Origin: Oikopleura dioica
Taxonomy: Eukaryota > Animalia > Chordata
Direction of reading: 5' to 3'
DNA length: 64,000 nt
NCBI GenBank assembly: GCA_907165135.1
Contig: OU015566.1
Location: 10,416,001 to 10,480,000, forward strand
Shown: in pieces, positions 48,392-60,599 of the stretch
Numbering within the stretch: the stretch's first letter is position 1
Layout: the number at the start of each line of letters is the position of its first letter
Made by a program: the position numbers and the translations under genes
Notes under the pieces: generated by a model
Seen by the model: only the letters and a program-made list of their open reading frames with translations
Databases searched by the model: none
What the model was told of the DNA's origin: nothing

Positions 48392-49664
48392 GCCGGACGA
48401 TACCCAGAAGAAAAGAAAGATTCCCCTAAAAATTCTGATGGTTTCCTGATTTACAAACTTTCCCTCGCCATCTTGTGCTCTAGCATGATGGCCTACGGTT
48501 GGTGGGACCAGAAGACGAACCCTAAAGATGTGCACGGTGAGTTCATTTTTTAAACTGCTGATGCTGCATCAAACCGCGACGCTCAGACAGCGTTTCTCGC
48601 CGCCTTTCTCCTGGGAGGATCACTGGTTCATTCGAAAGAATTCAGAGCGATTTTCGTGACTTAGAGCATCATAAAGACTTTGAGTTCTTTCTGATCGTAA
48701 AAAAGCTTTATAGACTTCGGTCTAATTATTTGACTATTCTTTTTGGTTTATGTTTTTCTTACATTAATTTTCAGGCTCTCACTCCTACACCGACTACGTT
48801 TCTAATTGGAACGACATTAGCTGCACCGCCTGGTCGATCATGAACGCGATTGTCGCCTTTCAACCTGCCATGCCCGCCGCTGCTTACGGTCTTCTCTCTG
48901 GAATGAACGCCATCGCTCCAACTTTCTCCTGCGGAGTTGCCTTTGCCTTCTGGACCCTTCTTCCCGCCGATCGACAGTCTACCGACTTGGTCTCTCTTCA
49001 CCAGCATGCCTTCCTCGCCATTATAACAGTTGTCGATTTGTTCCTCGTCGCTGCTCCGATTCGATACTTTCACATCATCAGCACCTGGATCTTCGCTGGC
49101 TGCTACGCTATAAACACTATGATCGTCTACTTCCTCTTTGGTAAGGGCACTAAATAGTTGCGTGTTAACATGTAACAACTTGTAATCAACGAAGAAAATC
49201 ACCAAGAGATCAAAACATTTCGTCGACAGTCGCACGTAAGGGGTGGCTTCTGATGGAAAGACAGATTTTCCTCGGGAAGCTTCTTCTTTCGAGCAACTGT
49301 TGAACCCAAATCGACAGCTATCTATTCCACAATTAGCCATGTGTGATTCCGTGTGCGCTAACCCTGAAACAATGACTGTAATTTAGGTGAAGACCGCGAT
49401 GATGTCTACCCATTCCTCAACTACTCCGACAAGTTCTCTAACGCCGTCAAGTTCGACCTGGCCATGACCTTTGGCCTCCAGACAATCATGTTCTCGCTGA
49501 TGTACCTCTTCTCCAAGACGAAGTTCTGGGTGCATCGAAAGATCACCACCGTCCCAGAAGTCGACAGCCCCGGCGAGTCGAAGACTGAACTCTTGGAAAA
49601 AGGAGATGGTCGTGCAACTCCCAAAAAGCAACTTAGACTTCGAAAAGTTCGAAAGGCCGACTAA
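48392..49664 (+). CDS. Rolling-stone-like (FAR-17a/AIG1-related) multi-pass membrane protein; first exon not resolved
   Basis: Contains YVSNWN, LHQHAFL...VDLFLVAAPIRYFH and VYPFLNY, which are recalled rolling-stone family motifs, plus about six hydrophobic segments. Confidence 0.6.
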
Positions 49665-50330
49665 GCCCTCAACAAAATTTAGGCTGAATCTTTTTTCTCA
49701 AAAGTCAAGTCCACATTTTCTCTCCTGATATTTATTTATTGGATTATATACAGTTTATACCTTGCTAGTTTCAGTTTTCTGCCCTGAGTTTCCCTCCACA
49801 ACCGTTCGAAAAAAATACATGTTATACACTCTCAAACTCGCTTTTGTCTACTTTTTTTTGCACAACCAGGATCAAAGACATCGTCAATTACGAAGCATAA
49901 ACCGCATCTGCAGCACTTCAAGAAAATAGCCGAGCTTTGTTTTAGGAAAGGGAATATTTCAGCGCAGGAAGATATCGTCAGAACTTTTCCATTGGGTGGA
50001 AAAAATATTAATTTCACGAAATTGCAAAATCATTTCTTCGTTAATTTTTTAAAAATCTGACTGGATGTCGTGATAGAGTAGGTCAAGTTCTATATACTCA
50101 AAGAAAAAAATCAAAATCGAAAATTTTTTTTTTGCCGTCTAGAGGACATTGAAGTAAATTTCTGCTGACAGCGATTGTGCAAAAAGTACCCATTAGGGAC
50201 TCCTATTTTTCGACGGAAATATTTTCTAGAGAGTCTGAACTAGGGCGCCAGCTATTTTCTTGTCCATTCTGATTAGTTTATCACCGGTTTATCAGCAATC
50301 AAAGTTAGGTGAAAATTTCGCTGTGGCGAT

Positions 50331-50476
50331 GAGCGCGGCGGTGACTAAGCGGCGTGGTGGCGCTGTTGCCCACCCTACCCTGTTCCTCGAATCGAAATCG
50401 CTTGAATGAGATTTTCACTCGTGCCTGGCTAGGGTGCGCCACAGCGTCACCGTGCCGCATTGTCATTGCCGCGCTC
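50331..50476 (+). other. Long GC-rich inverted repeat/hairpin (36-bp core stem)
   Basis: 50331-50366 pairs with 50441-50476 by 29 Watson-Crick pairs, 5 G-U pairs and 2 mismatches. The stem extends about 14 bp further with mismatches. Confidence 0.75.
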
Positions 50477-52109
50477 CCCGTCTCATCACGATTTTCGTCT
50501 GACTTTGATCGCCGCCCTCTTCACAGCTACTGTTATGCTGCCATTATTTCTTTATATAAACTGTTTCCGGAAGTTATGCCTGCTTGCGGGTATAGCTTGC
50601 CACTCACTTTCAAAACTGCATCCAATAAAATACCAAAAAAAAAATAAGAGAAGGATCGCGTAATCAAAACGAAATAAAAAATAGCCGGCGTCTTACTTCA
50701 GACGCTCAAGAATATATTTCCGTCAAAAAATATGCCGGTCCAATGAATACTTTTTACGCTAGAGCCGTCAGTAGAAATGTACTTCAATTGCCGTTAGACA
50801 GCTTTAGGACTTTTAAATTTCAGATTTTTTCCTCGGAGAATATAAGACTTGACGGGTTTTATTAACACGTCTAGTCAAAGTTTGAAAATATTTAGAGAGA
50901 AAAGATTTTGTAATTTCGTTAAATTTATATTTTTTCCACCCATTCGCTTTATGGCACTCCTTTTGACTATGAAAAATTTCCCTCGCAGCAGGCTTCAATA
51001 TAAATCGAGCTTTTTGCAACATGACCTAGCCATCAGGTCAAACCAGGATCGTCTAGTTCTGACTTCAACGCCCCTGTCAACCCCACCCCTCGACCTCTTC
51101 AACAAACTCCCGAATTCTTACATCTAGCGAAATTCACACATCATTGCCATAATATTTATTTATTTCACGATAATCTACAATCCTAGCGCTACGATCTTAG
51201 GTTACTGTACCCGTTTTGTGCCTTTCATACCTTTCAGCTTTATACAAATCTTCTATTTATTCAAAACCAGGTTCGTTTTTGAGTCCTAATAAACTTTTTA
51301 TCTAAATCATGTGTCGTTGTTCAAATATTTTTGCAGGTATTCTGCTGAATCAAGCAACACTACTCTCTTCCTTGATTTCAACTCTTGAGGAAGTCTGTGA
51401 GTCAGCTCAAGGACACGTTCTCGCTAAGCTCTCTTTTGTCCAAAATGGCACGATCATTACTGGGAACAACTCATTTCGCCTAAAATAATAAAATCCACCA
51501 TTGTTCCTACCTTTTCTCCATGAGGTCATTACTTTCCTATTCAAATCTCTCGTGGAAAATCCACAAGCTGTTTTGCCCCCGATAGACAGCTCAAACAGCC
51601 AGATCATAACTGGCCAAAGAAACTTGCAAGGTTACGAAATTTCTGATACAAAATCAGATTTGGCGCTCCTTGTCCAGCGCGTTAAAATTATCTGCAAATC
51701 GCAAATCTCGGACTAAGAGAAACTAAAAAGTGAACGACTCTACTCCCTTATTGCGTAAGAGGACATTTCCGGTTTGTTTAATTAAATAACGTCTATGTTG
51801 ATTGCCGTTAATTGACTTTGATCCGTCGAGAGAAATATGGTGTTGGAGAATTCCAAGTACGTAATTGTCAAGTGCGCTAAAGGCTAGAATTATTACATTA
51901 TTGAAGTAGCATAATCTTGCATGTCATTTGCTTCTTATAATAATAATAATTATAATGAATTGCTAAAATACCACTTGATCGCCAACAACAATGATGGTCT
52001 TTTCTGACGTTTACTCAGAAACAATTATAAATTTATAAGCACCTGCAATTTTCATCTTTGCACGCTATATTTTATTATACATTAATGACAGCATTCTAGC
52101 TCCGTTTAC

Positions 52110-55100
52110 ATGGCGTCCATGCTTTCCACAGCGGATTGGGTCATGCTCTGTGCTTACTTTGTTGCAATGGGTGGCATGACCTTTCTTGCGTACAGAAAAC
52201 AAAAAGGCCCGGCTCGATTATCTCTATTACCAGAAACTGCCACATAAGATCGAGCCGTTATAAGATCAGGACAACTCAGACGGTTACTTTCTGGGAGGTC
52301 GCACGATGAACTGGGCGGTGGTCGGTTTATCCCTCTTCGTGTCGAATATCGGATCCGAGGTGAGCTAAAACAAGCCGATTAAATTAGAAGCAACCTTGAA
52401 CTAGCCAGAAAAGGAAACCTCTTTTGTAGCACTTGATCGGCTTAGCGGGATCAGGTGCGTCGTCAGGCATTTCAGGAACACGCGGTTTCTGAACACACAT
52501 TAACCGGAACTAACCTTGAGAGGCCTAGGGTAGCTCTAAAAATTTGAATTGCTCAAAATCTTTAAATCTGATCTCTGTTGAAGAGAGACTCTTTGTTTTT
52601 GGCTGAGTTAATCCCTAGTTTCTAATAGTACACGCTTTGGACAACCGTCTTTCTTGAGTTTGTACTGTATATTAATTTTAATGCAATAATTGTGCATTCA
52701 CGAGCGTTTTCTTCGCAAGTCCTGTGCTCACTGCCATAAATTATGGCCCATCATTGACTTAACGGAATAATTGGCCCAGCAATTGTCTCTACAAACATTC
52801 GGTTAACTCACTTGTCGCCAATTAAGGTTTGCATAAATATAATGATCGATTCTTTGATTTGTACCATGTCGGCCAATGAGATTGATACAACATTGATAAC
52901 CTTCGTAAGTGAGCTTCGAATTATAATGTTTCGGAAAGCAGCAATTTATACAAACGCTCACATTCCTACTTTTGCAATATCATAAACCCGCAAACAGTCG
53001 CGTCGTATGAGCTGAACGCGGTTATTATTCTCCAACTGCTCGGCCACGTATTTGTGCCTGTTTATATCGCTTCCGGAGTGACCACTTTGCCCGAATACCT
53101 CGAGAAGAGGTTAAAGAGTAGAAGATTGCCCGTGGTGTTTTCAATTATGTCGCTGGTCATGTATGTTTTAACGAAGATTTCTGTGAACCTTTATTCGGGT
53201 AGTTCCTTTTTCTAGCCTTTTTTATATCCTTCTAAGGCTCAATATTCATGGAAATGGCTCTCGGCTGGAATAAAATGGCCTCTTGCGGACTGTTGCTTAT
53301 TCTGACTGCTCTTCTGACCGTGGCTGGCGGACTGTCCGCAGTTATGTATACAGATGCAGCTCAAGGAACGAGTTTCTTTCTAATCTGTGAACCGAAAACA
53401 CCGAATTTTCTTCTAACAAAACGTTGAGCTTTACTTAACTCAAGAAACAGCTTTCATCATGGTAACGGGAATGGTTCTAATGACCGTTTTATCGTGGAGA
53501 CATACCGGATTGAGCAGCATTGAGTAAAGGGTGCAAATTTTATAGGATCTTCGAACTTGAGTTTATACCCGCTAGAATCAAATCTACGCGTCAATTAATC
53601 TCCCAAATTTACACCCGAATGTCAGAGGAACTGCAATCCGCCTTCTTATCAGCGCATAATAACGTTAGCTCCGTGTCGGGCGAGATTTGCGCACAAAATT
53701 TACCTTCGGAAGCGTCCTTCAAACTTTTGCGGTCCAATTCTGACCCTGAAATGCCGTGGATGCCCTTCATCTTTGGCCAGACTTTTTCAAGCATTTGGTA
53801 TTGGTGTACTGATCAAGTGATTGTCCAGCGCTCTTTATCTGCTAAGAACTTGGCGCATTCTCAAGGAGGCTCGATTTTGGCCGGCGTCTTGAAATTTCTA
53901 CCTGCATTAATAATGGTCTTCCCGGGGATGTTGGCAAGAGTACTCTTCCCTGAAATCTTGGGCTGTGTTGCTGGAACTGATTGCTTTGAAAAATGCGGAG
54001 AAGTAGCGAGCTGTGCAAATCATGCATTTCCACTCGTAGTCCTTCATATTCTACCATCTGGTGTTCGAGGACTTATGTTCTCCGTTGTCATTGCTGCTCT
54101 GATGTCGGGACTTGACTCAATCTTCAACTCTGCCTCAACTCTATTTACAATCGACATTTGGCTCAAGTTCCGTCCGAGTTCTTCTGAGCGCCAACTGATT
54201 CTGACTGGAAGAATTGTGGTTGTTGCTGTTGCTCTTCTTTCGATACTGTGGGTGAGTCTTGTACAAAAAGATGCCCCCTTTCAGCCTACTTAGTACTTTC
54301 TGAAAGGAACTTGGCTCTTGAGACACTTGTAACATACTAAGCCTTTTAAAAAGCACTCTTCTTAGGCGACTATTTCCACCGGCACGCGTTTTTAGTTCCG
54401 TCTTAACGATATCTCCGAGTATTTATGTTATTGTATTTGTAGCTTCTTTGTTCGTTTAACTTTTAAACTCGAGTTCTCAAAATACGCAAAGAGATAAGCC
54501 GTCCGTTTTACGTAAGTCCGTAATAATTTAATAACAGTAGCATGCTTGCGATTTCCGATCCTTTAATCCCTAGCGCAAGTCAACCCCTATCTTCCAGCGA
54601 ATCTGGAAGATTCCTCAAACGGTTTTCCGACCTCAGAATGATTTTAGAAATTCCAGCTCATTTATTTTAATTTTCGATTTCAGATTCCAATGGTGGAGAG
54701 TCAGGGGTCAGGGCGATTATTTTATTATGTTAACGAAGTTTCCAACCATTTTTCGCCAGTCATCGCTGCTGTTTTTGTTTTGGCTGTCTTATGGGATGGG
54801 CTCAAGGAAACGGGTTTGAAGTAATTTGAAAGAACAAATTATTTCGCGTTCTGAAACGTGGCGCAGAATCATATTGAGTTAGACCTTTCAACCGCTCCCA
54901 AATCGTAGCTTAAAATTACGCTAGAAAACTTGGTTTACCGAACAGTATATTTTATCGAAAAATACAGAAGTTCTGTGTTTCAACCTAAGATAAAGGAACG
55001 CGGAGCGTTTTGGGGCTCGATGATAGGCTTCTCGGTCGGTTTGCTTCGTTTGATCCTGCTTTTCGCTTACCCAGCTGACCCTTGTGTCGACTCTGATAAG

Positions 55101-55548
55101 GTAACCCGTCTGTTCACATTTCTTTTTACCTGCTCCTGTAATTGTCACCCTTCTTTCATGTAAATTTCCAGCCCTGGCTTATTGAAAATGTGCACTACAT
55201 GACGTATACGGCGGTTATTTTCGTGGTGACACTTGTTTCTACTCTGGTGATTTCGCTTGTTTCTCCCGGCGCTGGAGAGTGTAGCAAAGGGCTCACGTTT
55301 TTTAACAGGAGTGGGTCGGATACATGTTACGTTGTTTCATGCATCATAAGAAAATTGTTACCCCTGAAAGGTATGAAGGCGTAAAAGAAGACAGAAGAGA
55401 CCAAGATTGCTTTGAGAAGGAAGAGTTTCTTGATAAACCGAATTCAGACCTACTGTACATTCCATCAGCTGGCCGCTATCTCATCAATTCTGTTAGCATC
55501 GGTTTATGTTTACTAGCCACATTTCTGTTTGCATATTATTCTATCTGA
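52110..55548 (+). CDS. Sodium/solute symporter, SLC5A3 (SMIT1)-like
   Basis: Contains YFLGGRTM, SLFVSNIGSE|HLIGLAGSG, ELNAVIILQLLG, WYWCTDQVIVQRSLSAKN, AALMSGLDSIFNSASTLFT and ERGAFWG. LQLLG and LDSIFNSAST favour SLC5A3 over SGLT1/2. Confidence 0.85.
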
Positions 55549-56869
55549 GTTTCAACATGCGCAATTCAATTCTACTGAAAGAAATAAACACTGAATATCT
55601 TCAATATGCATTTTCGGACATTTTTCGAGTTGTTGATGGTTTTTTTTCACGGGAGAAGAATGTTATGAGAAATGCTTGGCAATGAAATAATATGCAGATA
55701 AACTCAACCTTTGGTGAACGACTTGGAAATTCTTTAGTGCGTTGTGGCGACGCGCTTCGGAATTTAGAAGTCGTCGACCTAGTTGCTATTCATTGTCTGA
55801 ATTCTTACGTTATTGAGCTATTCTGAGATTAACCTTTTATTAATACGGCAAGTTTTATTGAGCCTCGAAATACTAATCTGTGCAAAATTTCGATCATTTC
55901 AAAATAAATTTACGATTTCCAAAAGAATTATAGTCTATAATTTATAGAACGCATGTGTACATTTTGGAATGACGATTAGGCCAAGTCACGACACGTGATT
56001 ACGGTGCCAGTGCCCTGCGAGCGGTTGTTTGATTGCAAAGGTCAAGCAAGTGAGCGACTTGCGGCTCCAGCCACTCATCAAGACAAAGTAAATCTGCGGT
56101 CAGTCCTGATGAACTTGTTTAAAGTCGCCGAAAGAAACCCGCGTCTCAAATAACCAACTCGATCAACCGAAAACTGCGGTATCTACTCTTTCATAAATAA
56201 ACGAAATCAAGCATTTTCAAGAAAAAAAAACGTGGTCGAAATCTAAATTACCGCTAATTTGGTTTGAAGACTCGTAAAAATCGTAATGTCGATTTGCACG
56301 ATTGATTACACTGTCGTACTTCAGCGGGAGCTAATATTTTCCGCGAAATCTCGACACTTTTGACATTTTTTCTTTGCGCGTTTTAGAAATTTGAGATTTG
56401 GATTTTGTCATTTTAGTTCTAAAAAAGTAACTTGTAACAGGATGAATTACGGAAGTTGGATTGCGAAGTGAATTCCCTTCCAAGTGTCCACGTTCATCTG
56501 TTTCTATTTTCAAGGAGCCCTCTTTTTAGTGATAAGGACTGATAAGCGGTTTTTGTGAAAATTATTGCAACGGAATTTTCTCGGAGCCGCTCACCCGAAG
56601 AAACAGCGAGGAAGGGAGGTTCTAAGGGCAAATATATGCAAAAATGCGTCTTGCTTGACGCACAGGGTAAACAAAACGTAAATTTGGTTTAAACAAAAGT
56701 GCGTAGATAGCTTTTAGCATAGAGGAGATTTAAATATGATGAGGATGAAGAAAGTGCCAGTGCCTTGGGTTAGAAAATAAGAAAAAACTGATTATTCAGA
56801 TTTTTTTTCGAAAAACAAGAATTCTTGGTTTTTGGATTTGTAAAACATATTTTCTTAAGTTCGGTATTT

Positions 56870-58735
56870 CAGGGGAACCTGGCTGTATATCATTGGGGAA
56901 GACCATTAGGGAGGGGTCAGGAATCTAACCACATCCGGCCCGGTTATGAACACGTGAGGCCTATTTTTGACCCTTTTCTTGAGATGATGCAAATGTTCCA
57001 AGAGTTTGTCTCACTCCTGGCGTTATGAGGGACGGATAAAAATAACGTCTTTTGCCCTCAATCCTGTTCTTAAAATAACAGCTATTTTATCCAGAAATGA
57101 GCTCAGGGGCAAACTTTAAATTCCTAGCAGAAAAACTCGTTGATCTCGAGGACGTTTCAGTCGTTTCTTGGGATTATCCTGGACAAGGCATGGGCTACAG
57201 ATTACAATGAAATCGGTTCCATTAGAAGCGAGCTCTTAGAACAACGAAATTTATTATTCGAGTAAACCTTTTGTAATAACTGCGTTAAATCGCGTACCCA
57301 AATAATCCCCGTCGTGGGACACGTGCTCCTGCGGTTTTTTGATTTTTCTTATTCACTGTAGCCAAAACCCAAGGTCGATCTGATTCTCCAGCAATACATT
57401 TTCCAGCGACCGGAGTTGTTCCATTCGCCCTCAGGAGATGGTTATAAATCGATGATGTCCATTTTTCATCACTAGAAGGACCACAAAGTGGCTTTGCCTC
57501 CACGAGCGTAATTTTGTTAACTTTTAGATAGCACACTTGACGTAAAACCCTCCAAGTCAATTAACAGATATAGAAAATTTACATTTACGAAGTCACAAAC
57601 ACTTGTTAGCACTCGTAACAACAGCGAAACCCTTGTAATATATATCTACCCCATCAATATTCAAAACCACGAAACAAGACTCCTCCTGAAGGAGCTAAAC
57701 TGGACCGAGGAGATAAACATGGTTGGACATAGCATGGGCGCTTATTTATCAACAAATGTAAGTCCATAAAATACGAAAAAAAAAATATTCCTGGAAATGA
57801 TAGAATCCAACTATTAGCAAATCGGCAATTAAAAAAAAAAGATCAAAGAATGTCGAAATACTTGAGGACTCTTAAGGTCTTGAAGAGGGAATAATGCTTC
57901 ACTTTGTACAGCTCACCGGGTGCCGCAGCAATATTCACGACTCTTCTAATCTCTTATTCAGTACTCTCTTCTCTACTCGGAAGAAATCGCCAGTTTGACT
58001 AATATCGCCAACGGTTTACTCTCCATTTTATGATTAGCATCGAAAACTTGACAAATAGAAAACCGTAATTTGAAGATGGATTCTTCAATTTCGCCATGTC
58101 CTCGCAACGCGGCCCCCTTTCAAAATACCTCAGAAACGAAATGAACGAGATCGTATCACAAGCTCCATCAAAACGAACTCGACCCAGCTCACCAGAAAAG
58201 ATTCGCGCAGCGCTTCATCATAATTTCGAACTATCTCAAGTGCCACAGGACGTGGCAAATGACATTATCGGTACGATTCTGATACTTGGTGTAAAAATTC
58301 GCTACTTGTGGTTAAGATCACGTTCTGGAAAATGACTTTGAATTAGACGAAGAAGGACTAATGCGGCAAAGATGGAACCCGCTCATGGCGAAAATTGGCT
58401 ACAATTACGAACCAAACGTCTTTGAAGAGCTAGCGAAACGAGTTCGTTTTCCAATTCTTCACGTTACCAGCAAAATTTTCAATAGGACTGGGTTCAGATT
58501 CAGAAAGTTCAAAAAGAGACAAAGATTTCTAAGCAGAAAACAATCGTTATCCCGTACTCCGGTATATAATTTCCATCAACCCGTCAAGTCCTCAATCAAT
58601 ATTTTCTTACTCTCATCCGCCGTTTCCGGTTGATATGGATGCATGCTTATCCTCTGTGGATGTGATGGAAGATGCAGCTGTTAATAACGACGTGAACTTC
58701 GAGAAAGAGTATCTTGATGGATCGCATAATGTAAG
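56870..58735 (+). CDS. Alpha/beta hydrolase, SERHL-like (both ends uncertain)
   Basis: Contains GNLAVYHWG, SWDYPGQ|GRSD, the nucleophile motif MVGHSMG, RFPILHV and the catalytic-His-like LDGSHN. Joining needs a GC-AG intron (57188-57373) and a GA-AG intron (57435-57678). Confidence 0.7.
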
Positions 58736-60599
58736 TTCTTTCTTTTTTAGATTCTTTCTTGGAAATATTCATTATTTTAATCATTGAAAACTGAGTGTTA
58801 CTGACTCATATTTTTGCGAAATGAGAACTTATGAACATCCTCTAATCCTAATTCTACAAGGCAAAAGTACAAACCACGTCTCTTGTACAAGTACCTTCCC
58901 AGAGCCAAATCTGGATTTCAGAATCAAGCCGCCGACACAGCTTTAGAAGATTTTTGTTTGGACTTTAATTCCCAAAAGCATCCACAAGTAGCTCTATGCC
59001 GCTGCACTTACGTGGTTTATTCTAGTATTTACAGTCCTGCCAAGTGAAGGGCGGAACTCTTGAAAAACAATTGTCGAGTTTGAGGCTTGACGTGTCAAGA
59101 AAATAACAAAGATTTTGGGCGTTTTGAGGCAGATAAAAATGCTAGGACTAGTAACCACTTATGTAACAATTAGCGGGGCAAATTTTAAACGCCTTAGCCT
59201 TCTAAACATTTGCTCCGAGTCATTTCTTACAAGCTCCTGATTTTCAGTCATTATCGGGCCCCTGAACTTCCAAGTTTGATAATTTTCGAAAAATGGAGCC
59301 GATGTTTTTGAGTCAAATTACTCTAGTGAAACCACAATCAAATTCAACCCCTTAAAAATGAGACATGTCAAATGTTTGACTTTATCTGTTTTCTCAAGGC
59401 CAATAATCTCGTTCAGTTGCACCTGACGCACGCGGCTGAACTGGCCGCTCTCCTCCGCCGCCAGCTTCAGCTTGATTCAACGAAGTAGTATTTATTTTAT
59501 TTCTGTCAAAACACAACCTAAAATCATCATGATTGGCGGCCCAGCACTCGCTTGCCTCTCCTGTGAATATGGTTTTTGAAAATAAACGAATTCATAGCCG
59601 ATTTCAACAAACTCAAGACCTACTGTTACTTCAAAGAAAAAAACATCAACAGACAAAAATTTGAAGTTATCAACGAATAACTTTCTCAAAACCACAAGTC
59701 CTATTCGAGGTACTTCTTCCCTTGCCACTCTGTCTAGCGAGCTTGCGTTGGTTAAAACAAATCCAAATCTAAAAAATATTTCAATTTTTCATAAATTATG
59801 AAGAATTTAAATATTAAGACGCTCTAAGCCGCGTTTACACCAACACTCGGTCGGTTTATTGCTTCTAGCTTGTTAAATTCACGAGTTACTTTAGTAGTCA
59901 TACTCTCAGTTTTGACGTTAGTTTTTGAATTTTTTTAATTGTTGAGTACCTTGTAACGAAAGGAACGATTGTTTTTGGTGATGAAGAATGGAATGACAAT
60001 TGTGCACGCGACGTATTCGCACCAGTTTTCGGCAACAAATGCTTTTGGTTGGATAAATCTCATTTTCTTTTGGTTATGGTTGGATTAACTCTTATAATAA
60101 GTAAGAATTTCCTTTCCTGATATAGAAACTTTGTATCCAGAAACATGCGGGCTGCCTTTCATTTTCTTTTAGAGAACAAGTTATCAATTACTAATTTAAA
60201 ATTAGAAATTCTAGTTTTTAAGAGTTTATTTTATAAACGAGAGCTTCAGTAATATTCTAAGCAAGAAAACTATCAGGTGCCTGCAAGAGGCGACCGCTAG
60301 CTACATTCCACGCTCTGAAAAATGACAAGTTGTAACTCGAAGATGGGGCATTCTTTCATCCCGCTTTTTAAGACGGAATCTAGGGGAGATTCTACGCTCC
60401 AATGTTCTCAAGACTAGAATTTACCGTAGGCGAATAACTTATCCGGAAAACTGAATTTATCTCAGTTATCAATGATAAAGTATCATTTTTCAAAATCGAT
60501 ACTGAAATATCCAGATAACTAATCTTTAGTCCTTGTCTCCAGCTGTAAGCGCAGATGTTAGAGCAGATGTTTCATCTTTTTTGACAGTGAGACACTTTG

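Noticed and set aside
57285-57560. Nested antisense gene in the hydrolase intron
   Set aside because: It overlaps the plus-strand exon 57374-57434 needed to link DYPGQ-GRSD to the GHSMG exon, so it is best explained as a shadow ORF.
58900-59730. Additional minus-strand gene (ORF 59492-59728)
   Set aside because: I could not build a consistent exon chain or recognise any motif.
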